Origin: Phyllobates terribilis
Lineage: Eukaryota
Assembly: GCF_046119375.1 (NCBI RefSeq)
Contig: NW_027362762.1
Span: 41,478,001-41,542,000 of the forward strand
Length of the DNA stretch: 64,000 nucleotides
Direction of reading: 5' to 3'
In this document: one piece after another, positions 1 to 10,691 of the stretch
How positions within the stretch are numbered: position 1 is the stretch's first letter
Layout: each line of letters begins with the position of its first letter
Position numbers and translations under genes: made by a program
Notes under the pieces: generated by a model
The model's database searches: none
Told to the model about the DNA's origin: nothing
The model's input: the letters and a program-made list of their open reading frames with translations, nothing else

Positions 1-104
1 TAATCATTGATCCGAGTAGGTTGAAGTCCTATATAACTTCCAGATCGTCGCTGTCCATCTCAAATGTGTCCCAGTCATACCTAGAAGTAGTCAATATCTT
101 TCCT
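1..104 (-). mobile_element. RTE-clade LINE fragment, inverted copy of about 1338-1436, cut by the window edge
   Basis: Reverse complement (gatattgactact...gagatggacagcgacgatctggaagtt...ggacttcaacctactcggatcaatgat) aligns with the + strand RTE sequence at 1338-1436. Confidence 0.75.
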
Positions 105-109
105 CCCTT

Positions 110-1245
110 GAATGGAACCATAAATTATGCGAAGTCAGGATTAATTGCATTGACACATCAGAACTTTTTACACATACCCTGGACTCCACAAACATGGTGT
201 TTCCTGTCCAGGGAAAAGTTCACAAAGTACATTAATCTCAGGACCAAGGATGATAACAAGAAAGGTAATGTCAGTCCTGACAGTTTGCAGTTCAAGGGTA
301 CAATAGGCACCGGGCCCCCTTCAGATGTCTTCAGGCCCAGATCCTAAGTGTCTTGAGGGGAAGAACGTCCAGCTAGACATTCTCATGACGGTCTCCGAGG
401 ATACATATCAAGGGCTGAAGGGGTGAAATTCCCTAGGAAGTGTTGAACCCAATAATGATAATAACCAACACCAGCCCTTTGGGTTGGGGGCCCATAAAGG
501 GTCTCACAGCGTACAGGGAAGATGGAACAGTCTTTACAGTAGATTTTCCAATCTAAAGAAACTGAGAGCCATTCTAACAGCTTTACAGGCGTTCCTTCCT
601 CACCCAAAGGGTTGACATGTCAAAACAATGTCCGACAACACTACAGTGGTAGAGTACCTAAGTCATCCAGGAGGTACTGGATCAGCAGGTTTAAGGGGGT
701 GACCAGTCAGATCATGGATTTTTTTTTTTAGCCCTTTTCCTTATCAGCAATTTATTTGAAGGGAGTAGACGACACAAGAGCAGTTTTTCTCGGTCGTCAG
801 TCCTTGATCCGGTCAGAACGGTGCCGGAATCAGACAGTGTACACCAGTACGGTGGAGAAGTGAGGAAGTCCAGAGACACAGATTTATTTGCAATAAAAGC
901 AAACACGGAGACAACGCGTTTTTTTTTTCTCTCCAAATCAGCAGAGCCAAACTCTTAACAATAGATGCCCTCCAGTGCTTGAACCTCCGAAAGCTGAAAT
1001 AGTCACCGACTATGCAACAAATTGAATCATGCAAATTATGTACAGGTCTACGGAGCAAGTTGTTTAAATGCAAATATAAGAGGAGTGCTGTGAATATCTA
1101 AATCTGCATTCAAAGAGTTCAAGCAACCCCAGAAGTGAAGAAAGGGTGTTTTCCATAGAACCATCTTTAAACTTTCAATCAACAAGCATGGAGATCTAAA
1201 TAAGGCACCGGAGTATGAATGAATAACAATGGAAGCCTCCATTTA
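110..1245 (+). mobile_element. Degenerate DIRS1-type retrotransposon, RT/RNase H region
   Basis: About 555-690 translates as KLRAILTALQAFLPHPKG*HVKTMSDNTTVVEYLSHPGGTG, matching the DIRS RNase H motif SDN..AVAYINxQGGT. DLFA occurs near 880. Stops and frameshifts are present. Confidence 0.75.
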
Positions 1246-1279
1246 CATGTACATGTCTTCATAAGGTGCCAATGACACT

Positions 1280-2300
1280 GAGTGTCAAGATGGGAAGCTG
1301 GAACAATGGGCCTCCTACTCAATACAAAGAAGACAGAGATATTGACTACTGCCCTATAGGACCAGGACACATCTGAGATGGACGGCGACAAACTGGAAGT
1401 TGTAAAGGACTTCAACCTACTCGGATCAATGATCACTCAAGATGCAGCGAAGACACCAGAAGTCAATAGGAGAATAGCTAGGGGCAAATCAACAATGAAG
1501 TCACTGGACCAGGTCTTCAAATCGCGGAATATTTCACTGGTGATGAAGTCACCGCTCGTACATAGTTTGGTGGTAACATACATATACGAAACCTGGACGA
1601 TAAAGAAACAAGACAGAAGAATCGACGCCTTCAAAATGTGGCGCTGGAGAAGGATGTTATCAATACCATGGATGGCAAGAAGAACAGGCAAAACAATTTT
1701 GGAACAAATTAAGCCAGACATGTCACTGGAAGTAAGGATCACCAAGCTACGACTTGCCTACTTTGGACACATCATACAAAGAAAGAAATCACTGGAGAAG
1801 GACATCATGGTTGGAAGAATAGAAGGAACAAGGCGAAGAGGAAGACCAGCAACCCGATGACTTGATACTTTCAAGATAACATTAGCGAAGACCCTTGTGG
1901 ACCTATCTAGGCTTGCAGAAGTCAGAATAATAGAAGGAACAAGGTGAAGAGGAAGACCGATGGCTTGATATAATCAAGATAATGGCGGAGAAGACCCTGG
2001 AGGACCTATCTAGGCTTGCAGAAGTAAGAATAGTAGAAGGAACAAGGTGAAGAGGAAGACCGATGGCTTGATATAATCAAGATAATGGCGGAGAAGACCC
2101 TGGAGGACCTATCTAGGCTTGCAGAAGTAAGAATAGTAGAAGGAACAAGGTGAAGAGGAAGACCGATGGCTTGATATAATCAAGATAATGGCGGAGAAGA
2201 TCCTGGAGGACCTATCTAGGCTTGCACAAGATCCATCTTCCTACAGCGGGTTCATTCATCAAGTCGTCATGGCTCGAGATCGAGCCACAGGCTGTTAAAA
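1280..2300 (+). mobile_element. 5'-truncated RTE/BovB-like LINE (RT C-terminus) with tandemly amplified 3' end
   Basis: ORF 1378-1860 has EVVKDFNLLGS, EVNRRIARGK, ETWTIKKQDRRIDAFKMWRWRRMLSIPW, YFGHI and IEGTRRRGRPATR, all typical of the RTE RT C-terminus. Confidence 0.9.
1815..2228 (+). repeat. About 103-bp tandem repeat (about 4 copies) of the RTE 3' coding end
   Basis: gaaggaacaagg recurs at 1822, 1933, 2036 and 2139. Confidence 0.9.
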
Positions 2301-2865
2301 TGCATGGCCCGTGAACAGATATTAATTTTATATGGTAGTCTCCACGTTACTGAGATGTAGGAAGCTAGTCACCTCACGGGAAGCCTTTTTTATCTGGTCC
2401 AGGGATCCATTTAATACCATTACAAATCACCTCCAGTCAGGTTTCAAAAAGGGCTTAGGGGTTATCATCTTCAGAGTACAGGTCTCTGCCCTTAGCTTCC
2501 TTTCTCAACAGAAAAATGTGACTATCCATAGGTTATAAGATTTTTTTAATTTAAAAGGGGTCACTATGTCCTGTCCAGTTCCCGCTCCCAGAATACCTGG
2601 TTCTGAAGGCTTTCACTAAATCTCCTTTTGAGCCATTTAAGGACATTTCTGTTAAATCCCTGACATTGAAAAACAGTTTTTGGTTGCGACTACAGGCAAT
2701 GTCTATTTCTCCTCCATACACTACTATTCTAGAGGACAGATCTGTCATAAACTTCCTTCTCAGTCACAACTAAGTTCCAAAGGTCTCAGGAGATTGTACT
2801 TCCTTTATTTTGGGATAATCCTAAATCGCAAAAATAAAAAGAACTGAATTACTTGAACATAAGAT
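2290..2865 (+). mobile_element. DIRS tyrosine-recombinase gene remnant, 5' part
   Basis: VVSTLLRCRKLVTS, LQSGFKKGLGVIIFRVQVSALS and LVLKAFTKSPFEPFKDIS resemble the frog DIRS SAM-like/YR region. Confidence 0.75.
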
Positions 2866-3320
2866 GTGTTGTAACGCTATTGCTGGTGCCCATGCTTGGC
2901 TCCCCTTCCCCCTCCATGCAAGGACGTCGGCATACTCAACTTCTCGATCACGTGACGTGGTCCTTGGCATGCTCCCTGTCTCAAGCTGTGTACAAGTCGC
3001 ACTTCCCGGCAGCGTGCCTAATGCACGTGCGCTCCCCTGCTCTTAAAGGGGCAACGCGCGCACATAGTTAAATGTCCCCAGCCAATGGCTGGAAGGTATT
3101 TAGTATTAGAGTGCACCTGCAAGATGGCTCTCAGCCAATAGTTGGGAGGCGTCTTGTTTAAAAGGCACCCTCCCCAATAGGGAGGTGCCAAGCAACCAAC
3201 ACAAGTATCATTAGCAAGTGAGGTAGTCTCCTAGTGAGGTCGTCTGGTCCCGGTGTGGCTAGTATCCTGAACCCGTAGTCACTGCTCCCAGTGCGGCCAG
3301 TCCTGAACTCGAACTCCCTG

Positions 3321-5238
3321 TTCTTTACGTATATAAATAGTAAAAGGATTAAATCGGATAATATTGGACTGATAAAAAGTGATGAAGGCAAAATCATAGA
3401 GAAAGATGAGGATAAAGCTAATCTATTTTTTTTCGACAACTTTCACAAAGGAAATCGAACTAACAGGAGAAATGAGAAGTGACAAGCTTAATCCTCCACT
3501 AAGTATGACAAATCTAACCCAAGCTGGGGTACAGAAACGCCTCAGTAACATTAAAATAACCAAATCACCAGAACCTGATGGCATACACCCACGGGTACTA
3601 AGGGAACTAAGTAATGTGATAGACAGACCATTATATCTTATATTTAAGGACTCTGTTGAGACTGGGTCTGTGCCACTTGATTGGCGACAGGCGAATGTAG
3701 TGCCAATATTCAAAAAGGGAGCGAAAAGTGACGCCGGAAACTATCGGCCGGTGAGTCTGACGTCCGTTGTGGGCAAAATTTTTGAAAGCTTCATTAATGA
3801 GGCAATTACGCAGCATCTTGATGCTAATAATCTATTAACCCCGAACCAACATGGATTCATGAGGAATCGCTCCTGCCAAACAAACCTGATTGACTTCTAC
3901 GAGGAGGTGAGCTCTCGAGTAGATCAGGGGGAACCAGTGGATGTCGTGTATCTCGACTTCTCAAAAGCGTTCGATAGCGTGCCACATAATAGGTTGCTAT
4001 ACAAAATGAGAATGATGGGGCTGGGGGAAAATGTCTGCAAGTGGGTAGCTAACTGGCTAAAGGATAGAAGGCAGAGGGTGGTTATAAATGGAATATACTC
4101 AGATTGGGTAAGCGTCACTAGTGGGGTACCACAGGGGTCTGTACTAGGCCCAATGTTATTTAATATCTTTATTAACGACATAGTCAACGGGATAAATAGT
4201 AAAATATCAATATTTGCAGATGACACAAAGTTATGTAAAACAATTAATACAAAAGAGGACAGTGCAGACCTACAGAGGGACTTGGATAAGCTGGGTAGGT
4301 GGAGCATTAAATGGCAAATGAGGTTTAACGAGGAGAAATGTAAGGTCATACATATGGGAAGAAAAAATGGAAGTCACCAGTACTCACTGAATGGGAAATC
4401 ATTGGGGAATTCAGAGATGGAGAAGGACTTGGGCATCTTGATTGATAGCAAACTAAATTGGAGTGCCCAAAGTCAGGCGGCTGCTGTAAGGGCAAACAGG
4501 GTAATGGGATGTATCAGAAGAGGTATAGCTGCAAAGGAGGAGAACATTGTTCTTCCACTGTACAAAGCACTGGTCAGACCACACTTGGAATACTGTGCTC
4601 AGTTATGGGCCCCAATATATAGAAAGGATATAAATGAGCTTGAAAAGGTACAAAGGAGGGCAACAAAATTAATAAAGGGAATGGAGGGACTGCAATACCC
4701 AGAGAGGTTGGCAAAACTAGGACTATTCAGCCTGGAAAAGAGAAGGTTGAGGGGGGACATAATAAATGTGTACAAATATGTTAGGGGACAGTATAGAGAT
4801 CTTGCCCGGGATTTGTTCAAAAGGAGGGATATTACGGTAACAAGAGGGCATTCACTAAGACTGGAAGAGAAAAGGTTTCAGCACCAGCATAGGAAGGGGT
4901 TCTTTACGGTAAGAGCAGTGAGAATATGGAATTCACTGAGTGAGGAGACGGTAATGTCGGATTCACTACACCAGTTCAAGCGGGGACTGGATGCATTTCT
5001 AGATACCAGGCAGATTTCTGCATATACTTAAAAATAAAAATAAAATAGTAGGTTGATACAGGGATTTATTCTGACTGCTGGTTTCAGAGTCGGGAGGGAA
5101 TTTTTCCTCAGGTGAATATTGGCTAAATCATTTGGGGTTTTTGCCCTCCTCTGGATCAACTTTAGCAATTACAGAACTAACAGGTCGAACTTGATGGACG
5201 CAAGTCTTTATTCGGCTTTACAAACTATGTTACTATGT
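3321..5238 (+). mobile_element. 5'-truncated CR1 LINE with nearly intact RT (ORF 3406-5031)
   Basis: Motifs PDGIHPRVLREL, ANVVPIFKKG, GNYRPVSLTS, QHGFM, YLDFSKAFDSV, GVPQGSVLGP, FADDTK, RPHLEYC and LEKRRLRGD. The 3' tail is actatgttactatgt at 5224-5238. There is a frameshift at the T8 run (3426-3433). Confidence 0.95.
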
Positions 5239-7830
5239 CTTGGTGCGGCCAGTCCTGAACCCGAACTCCCTGGTCTTGGTGTGACCAGAGTCCTGAACCC
5301 AAACTCCCAGGTCTTGGTGTGGCCAGTGTCCTGAACCCGAACTCCCTGGTCTTGGTGTGACCAGAGTCCTGAACCCGTAGTCCCTGGTCTTGGTGTGACC
5401 AGTGTCCTGAACCCGTAGTCCCAGGTCTTGGTGTGGCGAGAGTCCTGAACCCGTAGTCCCAGGTTCTGATGTGGCCAGTGTCCTGAACCCGTAGTCCCAG
5501 GTCTTGGTGTGGCCAGTGTCCTGAACCCGTAGTCCCAGGTCTTGGTGTGGCGAGAGTCCTGAACCCGTAGTCCCAGGTTCTGATGTGGCCAGTGTCCTGA
5601 ACCCGTAGTCCCAGGTCTTGGTGTGGCCAGAGTCCTGAACCCGTAGTCCCTGGTCTTGGTGTGGCCAGAGTCCTGAACCAGTAGTCCCTGGTCTTGGTGT
5701 GGCCAGTGTCCTGAACCCGTAGTCCAAGGTCTTGGTGTGGCCAGTGTCCTGAACCCGTAGTCCCAGGTCTTGGTGTGGCCAGAGTCCTGAACCCGTAGTC
5801 CCTGGTCTTGGTGTGGCCAGAGTCCTGAACCCGCAGTCCCTGGTCTTGGTGTGGCCAGAGTCCTGAACCCGTAGTCCCAGGTTCTGATGTGGCCAGTGTC
5901 CTGAACCCGTAGTCCCAGGTCTTGGTGTGACCAGAGTCCTGAACCCGTAGTCCCTGGTCTTGGTGTGGCCAGAGTCCTGAACCCGTAGTCCCAGGTTCTG
6001 ATGTGGCCAGTGTCCTGAACCCGTAGTCCCAGGTCTTGGTGTGACCAGAGTCCTGAACCCGTAGTCCCTGGTCTTGGTGTGGCCAGAGTCCTGAACCCGT
6101 AGTCCCAGGTTCTGATGTGGCCAGTGTCCTGAACCCGTAGTCCCAGGTCTTGGTGTGGCCAGAGTCCTGAACCCGTAGTCCCTGGTCTTGGTGTGGCCAG
6201 AGTCCTGAACCAGTAGTCCCTGGTCTTGGTGTGGCCAGTGTCCTGAACCCGTAGTCCAAGGTCTTGGAGTGGCCAGTGTCCTGAACCCGTAGTCCCAGGT
6301 CTTGGTGTGGCCAGAGTCCTGAACCCGTAGTCCCTGGTCTTAGTGTGGCCAGAGTCCTGAACCAGTAGTCCCTGGTCTTGGTGTGGCCAGTGTCCTGAAC
6401 CCGTAGTCCCAGGTTCTGGTGTGGCCAGTGTCCTGAACCCGTAGTCCCAGGTTCTGGTGTGGCCAGTGTCCTGAACCCGTAGTCCCAGGTTCTGGTGTGG
6501 CCAGTGTCCTGAACCCATAGTCCCAGGTTCTGGTGTGGCCAGTGTCCTGAACCCGCAATCCCAGGTTCTGGTGTGGCCAGTGTCCTGAACCCGTAGTCCC
6601 TGGTCTTGGTGTGGCCAGAGTCCTGAACCAGTAGTCCCTGGTCTTGGTGTGGCCAGTGTCCTGAACCCGTAGTCCCAGGTTCTGGTGTGGCCAGTGTCCT
6701 GAACCCATAGTCCCAGGTTCTGGTGTGGCCAGTGTCCTGAACCCATAGTCCCAGGTTCTGGTGTGGCCAGAGTCCTGAACCCGTAGTCCCTGGTCTTGGT
6801 GTGGCCAGAGTCCTGAACCAGTAGTCCCTGGTCTTGGTGTGGCCAGTGTCCTGAACCCGTAGTCCAAGGTCTTGGTGTGGCCAGTGTCCTGAACCCGTAG
6901 TCCCAGGTTCTGGTGTGGCCAGTGTCCTGAACCCGTAGTCCTAGGTTCTGGTGTGGGCAATGTCCTGAACCCATAGTCCCAGGTTCTGGTGTTGCCAGAG
7001 TCCTGAACCCGTAGTCCCAGGTTCTGGTGTGGCCAGTGTCCTGAACCCATAGTCCCAGGTTCTGGTGTGGCCAGTGTCCTGAACCCGTAGTCCCTGGTCT
7101 TGGTGTGGCCAGTGTCCTGAACCCGTAGTTCCAGGTTCTGGTGTGGCCAGTGTCCTGAACCCGTAGTCCCAGGTTCTGGTGTGGGCAATGTCCTGAACCC
7201 GTAGTCCCAGGTTCTGTTGTGGCCAGTGTCCTTAACCCATAGTCCCAGGTTCTGGTGTGGCCAGTGTCCTCAACCCATAGTCCCAGGTTCTGGTGTGGCC
7301 AGTGTCCTGAACCTGTAGTCCCAGGTTCTGATGTGGCCAGGGTCCTGAACCTGTAGTCCCAGGTCTTGGTGTGGCCAGTGTCCTGAACCCGCAGTCCCAG
7401 GTTCTGGTGTGGCCAGTGTCCTGAACCCATAGTCCCAGGTTCTGGTGTGGCCAGTGTCCTGAACCCATAGTCCCAGGTTCTGGTGTGGCCAGTGTCCTGA
7501 ACCAACAGTCCCAGGTTCTGGTATGGCCAGTGTCCTGAACCTGTAGTCCCAGGTTCTGATGTGGCCAGGGTCCTGAACCTGTAGTCCCAGGTCTTGGTGT
7601 GGCCAGTGTCCTGAACCCGCAGTCCCAGGTTCTGGTGTGGCCAGTGTCCTGAACCCATAGTCCCAGGTTCTGGTGTGGCCAGTGTCCTGAACCCATAGTC
7701 CCAGGTTCTGGTGTGGCCAGTGTCCTGAACCAACAGTCCCAGGTTCTGGTATGGCCAGTGTCCTAAACTCTTAAGTCCCTGGTCCTAGTGCGGCCAGTAC
7801 CTGAACCTCATTCCCCGGTCCGTATGTGGC
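5237..7830. repeat. 38-bp minisatellite, about 68 copies (ggtcttggtgtggccagagtcctgaacccgtagtccct)
   Basis: Tandem repeat read directly. The 38-aa periodicity of the spurious ORFs equals 3 x 38 nt. One or two further units lie at about 3245-3320, on the other side of the CR1. Confidence 0.97.
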
Positions 7831-8279
7831 CAGTCCCTGAATCAGTATCACAGACCTGTGTGTCTGAACGTGTGCCTATCCGAATACCCCGTATATACGG
7901 ACTGCTACAACCAGTCTCCGAATCCGCCCTGTCTGAGACTCCATGTCAGTAACTGTTCTGCAGAGGATCCTGAACCCAGTAGTCTGAACGAAGCCAGAGT
8001 CCATGTCAGTAACTGTTCTACAGAGGATCCAGAACTTAGTAGTCTGAATGGAGCCCTAGTCCTATTCGTGTCTGCGTATCTGACTGCTGGGGTCAGCAGC
8101 TGAAGTACCGGGGACTGCCTAGTAGTACCTGGTGGCTACCTGCAGCCAGGCCTGACTCCACCATCAGGAGCTCCAGTGAACACCTGGAAGCCGCTTAGCT
8201 ACGCCCTTCCTAGGTAATCCTGGCCCTATGGCACAGTGGGTCCACAAACCACATGCGTCACCTGCGTGCGTAACGTGTC

Positions 8280-8632
8280 ATTAAATACGGTACCTTGCTG
8301 TAGGGCTGCAATGAGGCTATGTCCACTTGGTCTTCTCCATCTATCTTTTTTTCAAACACTAATGATTGGATCTCTTATCTTCCTCTGATCTGTCATTTGG
8401 AGGTAAAGCTCTGCAAGCGGTGGTCCCACCCTAAGGGACGATTCCTTGCAGGTCTCTTATGGTGCTGTCATTGGTGAAGGGAAAAATTATAATTATTACA
8501 GTAACCGGTAATTTGATTCTCCAAAGCCCATGACAGCACCCCTTAGTTCTCTCCCTTCTTCTTCGGGTGTTATGCTGGTGGGGGTCATGTCACCAAGGGG
8601 CTATATATATATATAAAAAAAAAAAAAAAAAA

Positions 8633-8673
<41 letters not shown>

Positions 8674-8865
8674 TGTATATATATCCATAAATTAGCCAAA
8701 TGAAGGTGACGTCTTTCTCGGAAACCACTAAGGAATGGTAGGCAGCACCGCCTTTTTGTATCCGCAGGTTTCCTTTCCTAGCAGGTAGACCGTCAATCAA
8801 GGTGCTGTCAGGGGCTCTGGAAAATCAAACTACCAATTAGTGTAATTATCATTTTCTTCTATTCT
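8280..8865 (+). mobile_element. DIRS YR C-terminus, internal complementary region (ICR) and terminal repeat
   Basis: CRAA..WSSPS.FF.HY and DLSFGGKALQAVVPP* match the end of frog DIRS YR. The ICR-like segment ggtgctgtca...tgacagcacc is at 8461-8541, and its complement is at 8801-8835. Confidence 0.75.
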
Positions 8866-10619
8866 CGTAATTACAGCAACACTGGAAGCACTATCAGTAT
8901 ATGAATACATTACTAGAACCACCATAATTACATCACCAGACCCACCAACAGTACATGAATACATCACCAGAGTCACTATCAGTACATGAACACATCACCA
9001 GGGTCACCATGGGCGCACTTTGAGCCAGGGGCGTTATACCACAACATGTCTAATTCATGAAGAGCTGTGCTGTTCCTTACACCAGAAATCTTATTCCAGT
9101 CAGAGACCGGAGTAAGATTTCTGGCATGGCGTATGCCACTCGTCAGACGTTCCTGATTTATTAAGAGGAGTGCACTTCTTTATGAATCAGGAGCTTCTGA
9201 CTCCTAAATGCCTTCTCATCAAGACTGGTGAGAAAATCACCGATCTTGATGAATCAAGCCTTATGACTTTTTACTGCATCTATACTCTCCTGACTATTGA
9301 GCTGCGCTCTCCCAAGAGGTCTTTTGAGCGATTGATGTGGGCTTCAGGACCTGGACCCCCTACCAACCTGCCTAGAAATAAAGTACCTAAAACAACAAAA
9401 AAAATCTCCCAAAAGTTTAGTAACTCTTTAAGGCGCATGTACACTGGCCGATAATCAAGAACCGAATATCAGCCTATCTTGCTTTAATATTGTTCTCGGC
9501 AGCATATTGTCCCCTTAAAATGAACAGTGTCATTATAATGCCCTTTTAACAAAAATAACTACCCATACTGTGCATTAAATAAGCTCTACGCTGTGCTCCT
9601 GAATAAGTGATTACCCTCTCTGGGCGCCCTGTGCAAAATATGACCATCAACACTGCCCTCCCCTATTGAGTATTGCCTCCACACTGTCCTCCCTTATGAA
9701 CTATGTCTCCACTTTACACTCTCCTTGTCTCCATACTGCCTCTTCTTCATACTGTGCTTCTTCTCCATACTGTCCCCCCCTCCTTGCCCCATAGTGTGCC
9801 CTCACGCTGTCCCTCCTTCTGCATAATACCCTCCACCCCATACTGTGCCCTCACACTACATACTGCCCCCCATACTGTGCCCTCACTTACTATGCTGCAC
9901 CACCATACTCTGTCCTGCCCTCTCCCTGGTTTATAGTAAAGCCCCTGTATCTTCAGATCTATGAGCGCTTACCTGCTCCCGGCTCCTCCGTGGTGCTGCA
10001 GTGACATATGTAGCATAAGTGAAATGCCGCCGGTGCGTTCGGACGGTCATTTTTAAAGATGCGACTACAATTAAATGCAGCCATATTTTTGTATAATGGG
10101 GAAAAGAGGATTAAATAACTTAAAAAAAAAGCGCCTTTGCTGACTTGAACCTTTGATTCTTTAAAGGTTTCGACTATAGACTCCAGTATTGCAGTATATA
10201 GTGAAATGAATTACCTCTGCACAAAAATGGTGTTTGCATACATGTATTTCGGGGTCATCATTGCAAAGCAAGAGATCTGATTCGACTGCATGAGAGATCT
10301 TTGACTGGGATTTGCATTGATGAGGGGTAAACCATCCGTAACACATGTATACAAATGGGAGTTTCTGTGACTCGTTAAAGGGTCGATATTGACTTTTAGG
10401 ATTGCTACATCCAATAGCAGGGGCCAGAAATCAAATCCTGCTCCTCCTGAAGAGGCAATTTGCATATTTAAATTCCCAGAGGAGCATTGCATGGCCTATA
10501 GGTCTCCTTACACAGGCTTGGGCCTATAGGTCTCCTTACACAGGCTAGGCCCTCTCCGCATGGAGAAATGTTCCCCCTTAGAACATATTCAGACTGGAGA
10601 TTCTGGTGTCTGAAGTTTC

Positions 10620-10625
10620 TTTATT
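10620..10625 (-). promoter_or_regulatory. Candidate polyadenylation signal of dnajb13
   Basis: AATAAA on the minus strand, about 67 nt after the dnajb13 stop codon. Confidence 0.5.
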
Positions 10626-10691
10626 ACCATAGCCAACGGGTCGTACTGGTAATTATCGGACCCGTGACTGGTCTGTCATGGCGCACACGTC

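Larger units (their letters stand above)
2870..8274 (+). mobile_element. Solo LTR (Gypsy-type) containing a CR1 insertion and an expanded 38-bp minisatellite
   Basis: Begins TGTAACG at 2870 and ends gggtccaca...CGTAAC at 8274. It is flanked by gtgt on both sides, a candidate 4-bp TSD if the terminal A was lost. It splits the DIRS YR gene. Confidence 0.65.

Noticed and set aside
5208-7733. 841-aa and overlapping minus-strand ORFs
   Set aside because: They are translations of the 38-bp minisatellite. All three frames give the same rotating peptide, and there is no splice or promoter support.
8604-8686. (TA)n, A-run and T-run cluster with hairpin potential
   Set aside because: Ordinary microsatellite decay inside the DIRS terminal region.
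10494-10548. Two copies of ggcctataggtctccttacacaggct downstream of dnajb13
   Set aside because: A single short duplication within a probable repeat, with no evidence of function.
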